DNA of 63,027 bases, counting the filler, from Choristocarpus tenellus KU-1152 (taxonomy: Eukaryota; Protista; Phaeophyceae): the NCBI GenBank assembly GCA_964200185.2. It is 12 parts of 12 records of this genome, joined end to end, with 100 filler letters (N's around TTAATTAATTAA, not from the genome) between each part and the next. Parts side by side here need not be neighbours in the genome. Positions count along the whole stretch, not along the records: positions 1 to 3,706 come from CAXNAD020018402.1; positions 3,807 to 7,230 come from CAXNAD020020136.1; positions 7,331 to 10,318 come from CAXNAD020023118.1; positions 10,419 to 15,387 come from CAXNAD020012335.1; 8 more parts are not named here. The stretch is one strand, 5' to 3'. A model generated the notes under the pieces. That model searched no databases and was not told where the DNA came from. It worked only from the letters and a program-made list of their open reading frames with translations. Position 1 is the first letter of the stretch, and each line of letters begins with the position of its first letter. Of this stretch, positions 1 to 13,400 are shown piece after piece. A program made the translations under genes and the position numbers.

Positions 1-13
1 CGAAAAAAAAAAG

Positions 14-440
14 GTTTAAGGAGGTTACCGGGCGCTACCCCTTGCACATCACGGTGGTGGACTACGACTTCAAGCGAAAGCGATTCGAGACTGTGCACAG
101 GAAGGCGTTGAGAATCTCCTCTTCAAACTTCGAATACCTCGGGATCCACCCGGGAGGATTATTTGACGGGGATGCTGCGGAGACTGGGGAGCTCGAGAAC
201 TCGCTTAAGCCCTTCAGGATTGATCCTTACGGCTGCCACAGTGAAGTTCTCCAATCCAAGAGGGAGGAGAGGAACCCGTACAGACGGACGCCTCCATACC
301 AGATCTCCTGCCCAGAAATGAGGCCATTGCTTGAGTGGTGTGGGCCTGAATTTTATTCGGGTGAGGTACCCTGGGATACAGCGAAAGAAGGGAAAATCAG
401 GAAGGCGGTGGATGTCGTTGCGAGCAGCAATGGAGGCTAG
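14..440 (+). CDS. Last exon of a DUF218/YOR238W-like (S. pombe C57A10.07-like) conserved protein
   Basis: After AG at 12-13 the frame reads (R)FKEVTGRYPLHITVVDYDFKRKRFETVHRKAL...FRIDPYGC...RNPYRRTPPYQISCPEM...EVPW to TAG at 440. The GxYPxxITVVxYDFKxxRF, DPYGC, RxPxxRxxPYxxxCPE and terminal PW motifs are typical of this family. Confidence 0.8.
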
Positions 441-823
441 TGGGCTAAAGGGGTTGACTTTGAATAAAATGAACGAACGGCAAGATAGGGAAGGGTCACG
501 GGGGCTCTGATTGTGTGTGAACCTTCAAAGTAGAGATTAAGACTGTGGTAAGATGTTCTTACGCCCGGTTCTGGGGTTAACGACTCTGGTTTTTAAGTGG
601 CGTTCAGGTTAGACTTTTACGGTGGAATTGGTTTGGGAGGGAGGCCGTGGTGTGGTGGCTTCTTGATGGCGACCCCGTGGCCAGAATGGCGGGAAGGCGT
701 GGGTGGGTTAGGGTTAGGGTTGATAGTTATTTGTGCTTGTTGTGAGAAAAGAAATTGCTTGTGCGTGACAATGATTGATGTGTGGAAGGTTTCGTCCTTT
801 TGATTAACAAGTGAAATCTCAAG

Positions 824-877
824 GTGTTTGTGTGTGTGTGCGCGCGCGCGCGCGTGTGTGTGTCTGTGTGCGTGTGT
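824..877. repeat. (GT)n-(GC)n-(GT)n alternating purine-pyrimidine microsatellite
   Basis: gtgtgtgtgtgtgcgcgcgcgcgcgcgtgtgtgtgtctgtgtgcgtgtgt read directly. Confidence 0.9.
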
Positions 878-3706
878 TTTGTTATGCAGTGACTGAGTGG
901 ATTTGGATGTACACAATGTTGGGGGGGGGTTGGCAAGGGAGTGAAGTGGGTCTCTCTGGTAGTGGGGTTGTGTGGTGTTGTTTGTGTCTGGTGAAACTGA
1001 GCTCTTCTCTTTTCTGGGTTTTATTGGTAACCACCGATTTTGATTACTTTGTAAGTGTTTATATGTGCATGAAGCAAATGAAATAATCTGTTCTGCATTG
1101 CAGAACAACATTGTAGTAAGTTGAGGCATTAAAAGGGTGTGTATTTTTTGTTGGTATTATTCACAACATATGCTAGAGATCATGAAACGGCTTTCACAGG
1201 CTGGAATTTGCGGATCCCTTGAATGTTGTTGGTATATCCCTGATGCTCAAGGATGATCTTGCAAGACTCTGGCTGTGAGAAGTAGCTGTTTAGAGGGGGG
1301 ATGAGATGTCTTTGTTGCCCTGACTTTCCTGCAATTTCCTTGGATCTGTAGATCTGCTGGCCTGCTTGGGCTAACACCATGCAAGGTGTGCACCAGGTTG
1401 AGCATAGAAGGGTATTTCAATGTTCAAGTTTCCATCAACACAAAAAAAATATTGGAACAACTTTCTCAGAAGACAACTGACATAGCATTGTCGTACATGC
1501 TTCATACCACTTCATCCTCCTCATGTGAGCAGGAATATGTAACCACCAGAGCTGAAGAGAAAACTATTTGGGACTAGGGATTGAAACCCACAGACAGAGA
1601 CGATCCGTTTTGTGTTAGGGGGTGATGAAAATGCTATAGGCCGAAATATGTGGTTCTACACTGCTGAAGATGACTGGACCTAACTCTTGAATAGGGGCGT
1701 TATAAACAGCAGTTTTTTTTTGTGGAGTGTGGAGTGTGTCGAGTAAAGCAAAGAATAATTTTGTAGTTAGTGTTCACACTGTTGTAAGAGTGTAAGGGAT
1801 AAGAAAAGGGCATAAGAGCTTTGTTCCACATACGGCAATCAACAATATCTTAATGTTTTTTGTCAGATACTATTTACTAGAATTAACAACTGGTGTTGTT
1901 ACATACATTTTTGATATTTTGTAGCTCAGGTCGAGTTGGTGCTGACACATAGAGCTCTGCACCAAGCAGGGAAGAGTACTCCATTTTAAGTTAGGAAGGA
2001 GGTCGGAAATTGACAAGGCAGTGTGTACGAGGGTGGGGTGTAAGTGAGGAAAGAGTTCAGGAGTCGTTCAGGCTCACTGTCCCAGTGTTTTCATGTTGTA
2101 CCGATGATCAATCATCTCTATTACCACACTCTGACATCAATACTACTCCAATGTTGTGGTCGAGGACGAGTGGGGCGGCTCAAAATAGTTTACTTTTGGG
2201 GGGGATGACAGGGCCTTTTGGGTGGACATTGGATTTTGTAGCTAGTAGTTACTGTGCATAGTATTTCTATCAGGGAGGAATCAGCAGGATGAAGAATGTG
2301 AAGGGGGGGCTCTCATTAGTTGGCTATTGTTCACGTTTTTGTACTTCGAAAGAAACCCTCGGAAGTATTCATGCGTATCATGTCGAAGTAATTTTTTCCT
2401 CGTACGTAGCATATGTAGTGTCTACAGTGCACAATGAGCCACCGTAACTCTTGTTTAGCTCTTGTTGTGCGCTCAGTATTTGAGTAAAGTGCTGTAGACA
2501 GTGAATGGGGTATACGGTATTTCTGTAACTGTTCAAACGTATCGTGTATGGGATTTTGCCATACATGCGTGGTATTGAGTACGTACCACATATATCTGTA
2601 AAACAGAAGTATTGCACGTCTTTGCAGCATTGTATTTATTTGGTCTGCTTGCTTTTCTGCACCCATCGCACTCAACGGCAAAGTACAACAACGCTAAATA
2701 AATTAGAAGCGCAAACAAAAAAGTAGCATGGTGAATTTGAAGGCCTTTATCGTAAGGAAATAAATTAATATGTCCCTGGCCTCGTTTGATGTATGCTTCT
2801 TGTCCTCCTCATAATAACAGGAACAACCGCAAAATGTCCTTGGGCACGATAAAACGCGAAGAAAGCACTTCCTCCTGTTATTTATCGCTCATGATTGTTC
2901 CTCCTCTTGTTAACTCATTATTTCCCGTAACATAGAACTAAGGATTATTATTGTAGTATTATTGTAGTATTATTGTAGTCTGCGGTTGTACTTGTCTCGT
3001 CATGTCTGGGTTAGTGGAGGGCTCATTGGACCTTGGTGCAGTTTTTTATTGTGTGAAATGGAGCTGGGTTCAGTGTTTTCTGGTACAGATAGAGATACCT
3101 CTTTTGACAAGCAATATTCCTTCCGTTCTTTGGTCTCTTTGTGATTTGTTATCCCTTACCATGCATGGACCCCGAGAAGAGTGGAACGTGTCAGTATTAT
3201 AGAACAGATATTATCGAGTTGTCAGTATTATAGTGTTGCATAAGGAAGTAGCAGTGAGTGGTTTCTCAAATAATGTTGTTTTACAGAAAAGGTGGTCTAG
3301 ATATTGATCAACTCCGAGGACATTATTGACTCTTCGTGGTAGTCGATCAACTTCGAGAAGACAGTTGCATGAGCTCCATTGATGAGCAATCTTGACATTT
3401 TCTTCTTACAATGAATTCGAAGCCGACACTATCTCAAATCTCTGACCTCGGATTTCCCTTCCAAACTTGAAATACTGTATAGTTTGATAAGATATCCGTA
3501 TTGATTACACAACGAAAGAGTTCATTCTTGAACAAACAACCTATAACACCCTCTCGGCAAAGTTGAGGATGGAGCATTTTATGGAGGATGAGTTTGACCC
3601 AAAATGGTGCGCGGAAAGTGCCCGTTTTTTTTTTTTTTTTTAAATGTTTCTGTAATTTTTTAGGGTCCCTTTTTTAATTGGAATTGATGGCGTAGGTGGT
3701 ATTTGG

Positions 3707-3806
3707 NNNNNNNNNNNNNNNNNNNNNNNNNNNNNNNNNNNNNNNNNNNNTTAATTAATTAANNNNNNNNNNNNNNNNNNNNNNNNNNNNNNNNNNNNNN
3801 NNNNNN
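3707..3806. other. Artificial contig linker (N44-TTAATTAATTAA-N44). Same linker at 7231-7330, 10319-10418, 15388-15487, 24296-24395, 27605-27704, 39906-40005, 42840-42939, 49723-49822, 52523-52622 and 55427-55526
   Basis: Identical 100-nt spacer with stops in all six frames, repeated 11 times. Confidence 0.99.
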
Positions 3807-6800
3807 GTGGTAGTAGGACAGTGTGTGAGGGGCGGCAGTGATTTCGTTTGATCATCGTGCACATGTATGCCTGCGTTGGATTGCTTGCTTGAATAATTAG
3901 TGCCGTCGTTGGAGTCGTTTGACTGTCGATGGTGGAGGTGGTAGAAAAAAATAGTACTTCGATGTAGTTCCTTTCGGGGAGGCGTTTCGTTGTCATTATG
4001 GATGGTCGACTGAGTGAGAAGAAGTGTTACTTTCCCATATTATTAAATTGTTTATCAATTATTGCTATTGTCGCCAGGTAGTAGAAGAAGCTAACGCTGA
4101 GTGCTTATAAGTGTTGACATTATGTGATGATCGACCTCTTTCTACGAATATGTCAGTCATGCCCGAATTATCGTTTGTTTGTTTGTTGCGATCTGCCGCC
4201 CCTCCCACCCCCTATGTGTTGGACTATCCCACACTGGACCCACGGCTTTTATGGTGCTTTTATGTGGGTGAGATGAGCCTAAACAACCATTACTATTCTA
4301 CAGTGTGGGGTTTGTAATCGTCAACACTAATTTACTATGAATAACTTATTTACTTGTCTTGTCTTAAGTATAGAAAGTGTATCTTGAACATGATATACAA
4401 ACCAATCAACACTATGAGTCAGTACATATAATATATCTGTCACTGGCTCTCCATTCTATTATCTAATCCACCGGTGGTGTCTATGTGTATCAGCAGCACT
4501 ATCTACGAACAACATGTTTGTAGAGTGAACGATGTCATTAATATGATCCACTCAAGTTTCAAAAAAATAATACCAGGAAGGCTATCGATAAAATGTCTTA
4601 ACATGACTAGGGCCACAAAAAAACCTCGTGCAGATTCAAATACGGTCAAATCCACGCTGGTCCGTCCTGTTCATGTGGCCAACTGTGGACATCCTAAATG
4701 CATGACTCAGCGAGACACCCTGCACTACCCACCCGTTGTAACTCAGAGGTAGCTCTACAAGTTACCATGTCTTACAATTCAGTTACGGGTACGGCAAATA
4801 ATAATAAATACGCCAAGATGTTTTTACTACCATACACATTCTCTACCTTGACCTACACACTACATAATGATATGACTCACATCATACATTCATATCAGTG
4901 GAACGAGTGAATCCTGCTCACGGTATACGCGATCTGCCCATATTGTGGTCACAAAAGATTCTAGTCAGTCAGGCCATACATGTTTCAACGTGGTCTGTAC
5001 TGCATACTGCATTTAAGCACAAAACGTTTTCAGCGCATTCCTAGCATGTGCTTCAGAGTGTATGTATTTATCCAATGTGACGGCCAGAACCACATGCCGC
5101 TTGATAGTACTATCACCATTGTTTGGCTGGGGTGTTCAAGGTGTAACACCCCTCCTAGCTGTACCCTACACCTGGAATTGGCACTAGATACACACAATTA
5201 TTTAATTAGACAACAGTCACGGTGATTAACAACCCTCAATAAAATAACTGATGCACAATAGGACATAGAGATTCACTAGATAAAAGTCCACGTCAGCAGA
5301 TGGGTAGAAGAGTCTTCACAAAGTAAGCATGACCTGGTTCCTTCCTCTCTTGAGACGAACGGATGACCAGTCAGCCATACTGGAGACAACACTTCTTAAA
5401 ATCGACTTTCTAGACAAAGAAAGCACCACCCAATAACCCAGAAATACTCTAATACGGTACATATCCCTACACAAGCGTATGATGCTGCCAAACCTACACA
5501 TTTATGACCATCCTCTCTTCTATTTTACACCTTAACAACAAAAATCAATTGTACGCACTAAGAAAAATAGGCACAGCACACAACCTTGCTGAACAAGATG
5601 GTATCAATCGACTCCGAGAGGTACATTTGTTGTTGCCCTAGTCTCTCTTCTGCTTGTCCCTGTTCTCCTTCTCTGTCTGACGGTTAGGCCCACCACTCCC
5701 CCAAATGTCATCAACCAAAGAGGACGAGGTCAGAGTTCTGGGTCTAAGTCCTCCAAGGTCACAACGCTCTAAAGATGGGGCGACAAGCCTGACTGACTTC
5801 AGCCCTCCCACATGACGCTCCCCCAACTCCTCTGACAGTGATCTATCATCAATCCTCTTCCTCTTGGTTGACTGATCAGAAGAGGATCCTTCAATTCGAC
5901 AGGACCACTGGGGCAATGGTGGTGGATGGAAGCTCCAAGGATTCTGTTGGTGGGTGGGAAAGGTAACGCATCCTGTTTTTTACTTCGCCCAGAGGAAGAA
6001 ACTGCAGAAGTGAGAAACCAAGGAGTCGGGACGTTTGAGGTCAGGGTCATACCCACTTTGCTGAACAACAAAGTGATATAGAGTGCTATCGGTGCTTCTG
6101 TTTGAATAGGCAGTTGGTACTGTTGAATATGGTGTCACATTTGCTCTGTGCTGGTTTGATGTTCGAAACAGCTCTAGATTATAGTTTCCAATCTAGGAGG
6201 CTATTCACATCTGGCAAGCTATGCTACCAGAAGATCTTCCATCGTTAAATGTTGAAGTTTCTCTTGAAAATGACTGCAATATTTGCTAGGCAGTCGTGTG
6301 ATGTCAACTGGCAAAATACTCGTTATGTTGTAGGACAAAAATAAAGTATCACACGATGTCCATATCATAAACATAACAACATAAACATAAGTACTTGAGA
6401 TACACATGGAAATATTCTTGATGTGCACTAAGTGTGCTGTATTTATTCCGCTTTGATCTCACGTCCCACTCGTCATCCTTGTAAAGAACAAAGTGCTTGC
6501 CTGAGATCGGCTCAAACACCTGGAGAGGTACGGGCACCAAAACATCATTTCAAAATGAGAAGGGTTTGGGACAAGAGATGCGTAGGAAACGTCCGGCAGG
6601 AAAACATGCCTACCACCTTATCACCAGAAAGCATAATACATTTTCTAGTAATTAAAACTTAGACACTAGAGTCCTCATGGAAATTGAATAAAATTCATGC
6701 TTCCCCTACCTCTGAGAGCACCTCTGTGGTAGTGACACGGGGTAGAAAATATGCAAACAAGCAAAAAATACGTGGTATCTTCTGTGCAACGATCTCCTCT

Positions 6801-7207
6801 CCTGCGATTACGTTGCACTTGGCTTATGATTGTAGAGTTTACTTTGTGTGCCCTAGTAAGATCAAATAATAATTTTCATCATTTTATGGTGCTCACCTAG
6901 ATATATGGAAGTGAACAAGCACTTTTGTGTTGTTTGATGCTCTGGGCATATACAAATATATACATATATATATATGTACTACCCATTGTCTCTCCACTTA
7001 AATAGCATGATATATATTTGTTAAAGGCGTTGAAAGATCAGCAACCTTCGAGAGGGAATTGATGGAAAGGAACACTGTTGCTCACCTTGGACAGGGTGAC
7101 CTATCACATAACACCACGTGTTATCTTACCTTTTTCATGACGAAGCAATGTTCGGACAGACTTTATTGGAGTAAATGAATCTGAAATTTGCTGTGGCAAT
7201 GGGCAAT

Positions 7208-7230
7208 GGCCCAAAGTATCTGGCGGGGGG
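7208..7230. mobile_element. MITE terminal inverted repeat, truncated by contig end
   Basis: ggcccaaagtatctggcgggggg matches the TIR of the complete copies at 43736 and 49828. Confidence 0.75.
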
Positions 7231-7381
7231 NNNNNNNNNNNNNNNNNNNNNNNNNNNNNNNNNNNNNNNNNNNNTTAATTAATTAANNNNNNNNNNNNNN
7301 NNNNNNNNNNNNNNNNNNNNNNNNNNNNNNGCCACCCTTGCCTGAGTGAAACACGCCGCCACAGAATCATACGATTCACAT

Positions 7382-7432
7382 TGGCGACACCGGTGAGATT
7401 CGAACTCACGCGTGCAAAGCACACAAACTTAG
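7382..7432 (-). pseudogene. Isolated 3' half of a tRNA-Ser (probably GCT) with encoded CCA
   Basis: Minus strand: CT-AA-GTTTGT (anticodon arm 3' side), GTGC-TTT-GCAC long variable arm, GTGAG-TTCGAAT-CTCAC T arm, CGGTGTC acceptor strand, G73, CCA. No matching 5' half found in the contig. Confidence 0.75.
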
Positions 7433-10163
7433 TATTTTATACACACATACATATTCCAAACATATGCATAGTTTTCATTGGTTTTCCCCCTGACACATCT
7501 GCAAAATGTCAGAGGGCATAATAATAAAATATACTATTCGAGAAGAGTGTAAAATATAAAATAGGAGGCATGGTCATAATAACGTCGCTTATCTGAGTGC
7601 AAAATTTATTTGACCTGACCGATCATAGATAAATGTGTTCGATGCCCATGGCTTACTCAACAAGAACAGGGCCACTACCCAGCAATGCACAACAACGTTC
7701 GAAAATGGATGAGTCCGTGACCATCACTAACTCAACATGACCAGGCCACAGTCCAGCCCCAGGTCACATCCCTGACAGTGGACATGCTAACTGCCCCACT
7801 GTTAAAAAAACCCTTCGATTCCAAGCTATTTTCACGGATATCTATATCAGATATAGCTTGGATGATGCAGGAAGTTTAACGGATTGTACACCTGCATCAT
7901 CCTGCACTATCCTCTATATGCCTATACCACAAATACGCCAGACCAAGATCAGGTGTAATCTTTGTACCCGGTCTGAACGGGAAATCCGTACGATACAATT
8001 CATTGCAGTGCAACAGTGGTCAGTAGGTAGTATGAGAAAGTATAGCAGTGCAATGTGTATAGGCATATAAAAGGTATAGAAAAGTGTGTATGTGTAGTGC
8101 CTGTAATGGCGGGTTGGGATATATCATCCTCGGGCAATGAGTAAATAAAGAGAATAATAAATATCCCCCTGAGATAAAGGCCCTTGCATCGAGATTGGTC
8201 CCTTCAAACCTCAATGTGAGGACCTTCACTTCAGAGAGAGGGAGATCTAGTGTTCTTTTGAGAATGTCAGAGCAACTCAATAACACCGTGACACATAGAA
8301 GTGGACACGGAATCATAGAGAAATTTGGTCATCTAGAAGAGCACCTATTCCAGGCAAGGTCTAGCGCGAATATTTGAAGAGAGTCTCAATGGAAGAAATG
8401 AAAAAGCCCGAGGACACTCAGGCAGAGGGCGAGTTGAGGGACTTTGTGGACTGTTCCACCATAGCACCACCCAAGCCTGGACGAACAAAGCCTGAACGAA
8501 AGATAGATGGGGGGTTGTGTGCTGGAGAGAAGGGTAAAGGTAAGGAGAATTTGGTCACTTCATATACTGATGCTGGAAGTTTAAGTTCAGTCTCATCTTC
8601 CACATTGACGACGAGGAAAAAGGCTATCCCCGCTTCTTTTGGTCACAAGTCAGAGGTTTGGAGACCCAGGTTCCGAGTCTGTTGTCTGTGAGTGGCGGAG
8701 GGGGTAGAAAGTGGGATGAGCTGTAACTGAAAAGGAAGTTCTGCCACGAGGAGAGGATAAAGTACATTGCATGTCCTCTTAGTTCTTCCTTCGTTGTTAC
8801 AACAGGATGATAAGTCTTCGCGGGTGTGTGTAGATTTCCTGCTCGCAAATGAAAAACAAGACTAGGAATGGGTAGCCTACATGAGACCACAAAATCAGAT
8901 ACTATAGACAAAGCTCCATCACTAGAGTGTGTGGACAACATGCTTAGGATTTTTGCTTCGTGGTCGTTCGTGTTAAATCAGGAAGAGAGATACCATATAA
9001 CTATTATTTTCGGAATGACCTTGCAAAGTCTTCCACTTGACATATTCCTAGGCTATATGTAAAATGTTCTTTGGTGCGAAAATAACTCAACGCCCTCGCC
9101 CCCCACATCACAACCATCAATCACCCCAAACGTTCTGATATCTGAATTCCGTTGGTGTCAAATTGCTAACAATTCGAGGTCAGCTATACGTACGAGATTT
9201 GGGTTTTTGAAACACAAATCGGTGCGTTTCATCCGGATCTATCCAGGCATCTCAAAAAGCAAATAAAAAATGTAGATTGCACAAATAGTATACTTCAAAA
9301 TCAATAATAAGCATTATTTCAAAAAGCGATTAATAAATTAGGTTCCACAAATAAATATACTCTACTTCCACAGTACTTTTATCCTCAGGTAATTATAGTG
9401 TACTGAAGTCAGACCATAGCAAACAGGTTTGTATTGCTCTCCCTTATTGTGGAGGCAATGGGCATGGTGTGAGGAGGTTTGGTAGACTGAAATTTAAGGA
9501 TAGATGTGTTGCTTTTGAATCATAAAACGACGGAAAGTTTCACGGTGAGTGCCGAGCGTATCATTGTGTGGGATCTGTCTTTTGACACAATTAGTTGTGG
9601 CCATAGGATAGAAAGCATCGATGTTTGATAGCAGTTGTGATGAATTCATCTTATTGGGTGAATACGTTGTGTTGTGACTCGGCAAAGGTAGCAATCTTTT
9701 GTGTGTTGTTGAGAGAGGGCCGCTGATGTTTTTGACGGTCTCTCGCGGTTGTAGAGAGTACAGGTTTATTGCAATGGGCAACAAATTGCATTCCAGAGGC
9801 TTGACGTGATTTGCTAAAGTGGTGTGAGTAATGTATTTCTCGCCTTCAACTACTCTAGTGCGTTCTTCTCTGTGGAATGTATGTAAAACAATAGGTTCAC
9901 AATATCCCATTGATTTGGCACACTGCTTGCCTGAACATGCTACCGGTGTGAGCTTGTGAGTATGTGATAAAGGACACACTGCACTGAGAAGAGTTTACAA
10001 AACCTAATGAGGCGTATGTCCATATATTGCCTTCCATTATGATGGTTTAGGAATCACTAAGCACAACAGCTTCTGTCTTCTATTGTTACCTCAAAGTGAT
10101 TACAAGGGTAACTCTCTTCTGCTCAAGAATTCTGGACTGGCTATCAAGACAAGACAAATATTT

Positions 10164-10318
10164 GGCTCAAGGTATCTTGGGGGGGTAGTGACTTTCCATT
10201 TGGGGCCAATTTTTTTATGTCGCGATTTTTGTGTGATTTGGTTGCATACGTCTGATGGATAATATAAGCGTACTGTTCCTGGTTGTGACCAAAATGTCCA
10301 CCCCGGTGTAGTCCCCCC
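10164..10318. mobile_element. MITE copy, truncated at contig end
   Basis: TIR ggctcaaggtatcttggggggg plus internal atgtcgcgatttt...gatggataat...ggtgtag core shared with the other copies. Confidence 0.85.
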
Positions 10319-10448
10319 NNNNNNNNNNNNNNNNNNNNNNNNNNNNNNNNNNNNNNNNNNNNTTAATTAATTAANNNNNNNNNNNNNNNNNNNNNNNNNN
10401 NNNNNNNNNNNNNNNNNNCCCTCCCCTCCCCTCCCCTCCCCCAATCAC

Positions 10449-13400
10449 CTTGCGCAGCTCTTCAATCTGCTCATCAGTCGGCCACGATGGTTTCTCACCA
10501 GGTGCATGAGGAGCAGTGTACAGACCTTCATCCACATACACACCACCCTCCCCCTCTCCCACTGCCATACCATTCTCCTGCCCAGCTCCAGAGCCTGCTA
10601 CAGGGCCTGCTACAGGCCGTAATGAAGCCCCCTTCAGAATATTCATGGCCCTCTTCTTGTTGTGCTCACTGAGACGTCGAAGCATGATGACCCGGTTGCG
10701 CCCTGTCAAGCACTGGTGACCAGAGTCCACTGTACCATGCCCATCTTGGTGGAAATGGGTCATGCTTCATGTACAGTGCCATACATGTGTTCATGAGTGC
10801 CAGTCACAGAAAGATGAGAGGGAAAGGGGAACATGGGAAGAGGAAGGGTGAGGACATAGGGAGGGGAGTATATGGGGGAAAAAATGAGTGAATGCCTACA
10901 TGCTTTATAGGAATGGAACCCTCAACTCTCCAACTAGTCATCCCAGGCACTGGACAGAGGACATGCAACAATGCATCTATCAGTATCATATCAAGATGTT
11001 ACATTGCATTGTATACATTGTACTCTTTTCTCAACCACCTGCCCTCTCCCTTGTATTCTGGTCAAACTTTAACAAACTTTAACAGTAAGAACCAAAGAGA
11101 AAATTCAACATGTATGAAGATGATATGATAAGAACTTCATCAACCAACAAAGGCCTAAATGCAGCAGTGCACAACTATAATACTTGCCACACACACACAC
11201 ACACACAGCATTTGATCCTAATCCTGCCACCAACATCTCATAAATTTAAGCACTACTTGATAATCTCTTACAAGTTTTATGGCAGAAGTTGGACCAGACA
11301 CACATGATCTTTTAAATGAAAACAGATCAGGCTCCTAAATGTTTTAATTTTGACTTTTGACTTTTGAACAGCTGAATGACCTCCATCATGTCACCAGTAG
11401 AACCTTCATGTAGGTACGCGGTCAATCCCCAATGCAAACCAACCCTGTCTGACTCAAACACGATCACTCACACACACACCTATATAGCCCCAGATTTTTG
11501 CTCATCAAAAATATATAATGAGGAGTTCCAAACCAGACCAAGATTCAAAATGCAAACAGCCACACCAAAAAAAATTAATGCATACTTAATATACATATTA
11601 CCTAACCCAATGCAGCTCCAATTATTGTCTTCTTTACAGCTAAACCCTAACCCTAACCCACCTCCCAGGAGGAGTGATGTACAGGTTGGGCCCCATGAAC
11701 GGCCTCCCCTCAGTGGGTACATACTGCAGAGCACAATTTTCCCCACCAGGAAAGAGGTCCAGCTTGAAGTTTCGAGCAAAGTCACCAGCACACTCAGGGA
11801 GATACCTAATGGCCAATATCACCAGATGTCGTCAAACACAGCTCTAAATACATATGGTAGGCATTGTATCATGGTGGCGACCAGTAAGGGTGTTGTGAGG
11901 TCAGAACTAAGACCTAGCTAGACCTTCTGTAGCACTTTAATTCCATGGGGAAACATGATGCACATGAAGTATACCCTGTACACACAATTCCTGTCTGACT
12001 ACCACAAGACCTATCATTGCAACTTCCCAAATGTCTACCGATAAGCACATTGTTTGCACCAATAATAAATATACCGTACTGTATTGTGCTGTCTAAAGTC
12101 TACAAACAACAGCAAATTCTTTCATATTTAAGCCTTGATCTTCACTGCCTTGCTTGGCACCACTGACGCCATGGAGCAGAGTCATGGGCACCAATCTTGA
12201 AAGGGAAGTACAGGAGAGGTAGTGTACCTCAATTTGACACTGCATCTTTCCAACAGGACATTTTTCTCAACCAGTGATGAAACGTACATTGGTCTAAGGC
12301 AAGAATTTACAAGGGTCCTACAAGAGATCCTTGCCCCATGTGCATTAAACCTTTCTTATGTATGTCAATCAAAAGTCAACAAAAGCAAATTAAACCCACA
12401 TACTCTTGACACAAACACAAGGAACTAAACACAGACTGCTATTTCCATCCCTGACTCAGGAAACATCCACATATTTTTTACATTATCCATAGCTACAGTA
12501 ACCCTAAACCCTAGACAAAACCAAACTGAACACAAAATGAAAATAAGTACTAATAAAACATGAAAACAATAGTATAGGGTCACCAGTTGCTGGAAAGTTC
12601 GCAGTGTGAACACCAAACACTGGGAGCTCATAAAACATAAGATAGTAAAGAGAGTATGTGCATTGGAAAATGGTCCAAAACAACAACCAGTTGTCAGGTG
12701 GAAACGAGTCCAAATAATTTTACCCAATCAATATCTGCATGATAGGTACTACAGCTTCAGTACAGAAAATAAAAATAACAAAAACAGCTTACATTGTCAG
12801 AGAATGTTTCTTAGTCAATCAGTTCATATATACTTCAAAGTATGGCAAAAAGAGTTCAAAATAAATCAACAATGAATGAACAACATCCACTGCAAGAAAA
12901 GATCACAACAGTAGAAGGGCCTTGGTCAGTCAAAGAGAGCCAGTTGGCTGTGGCACACATTATACCAATGTAGCACTTTCCACGACAATCACGCCCTAAC
13001 TCTAACCTTCCAAATCAAACATGTACCAAAGTAGGTACGGTTAGGGACTGCAAGGATCCTGATGAGAACAGAAGGCCTTTCTCCTCCAATGCCATCTCAA
13101 CATAAAACACCCGTGATACACATCATTTCCACAGCATATGCAATATTTGCACATACCTACCAAATTTACCTCACCAAGCCCCTTGCCCTTTGACATGTGC
13201 AATGGTCGTATCATGTCCCTGGTAACTCTTTTGGGGCACACTTGCACAAGATATTACAACAAAGCAGTGTGGTACATGCGATAGATCACTGCCTGAGAAA
13301 GAAAAAAAAATCACAATTACAACCCGTTGGGGTCACATCAGGCAAGTGATACTAGGATAGACACCCATTATGCAAATAAAGTCCACAACATACTCAAGGA

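Noticed and set aside
597-1129. ORFs of 68-170 aa around the GT/GC microsatellite
   Set aside because: Low-complexity translations (THTHARARAH) of the probable 3' UTR of the DUF218-like gene.
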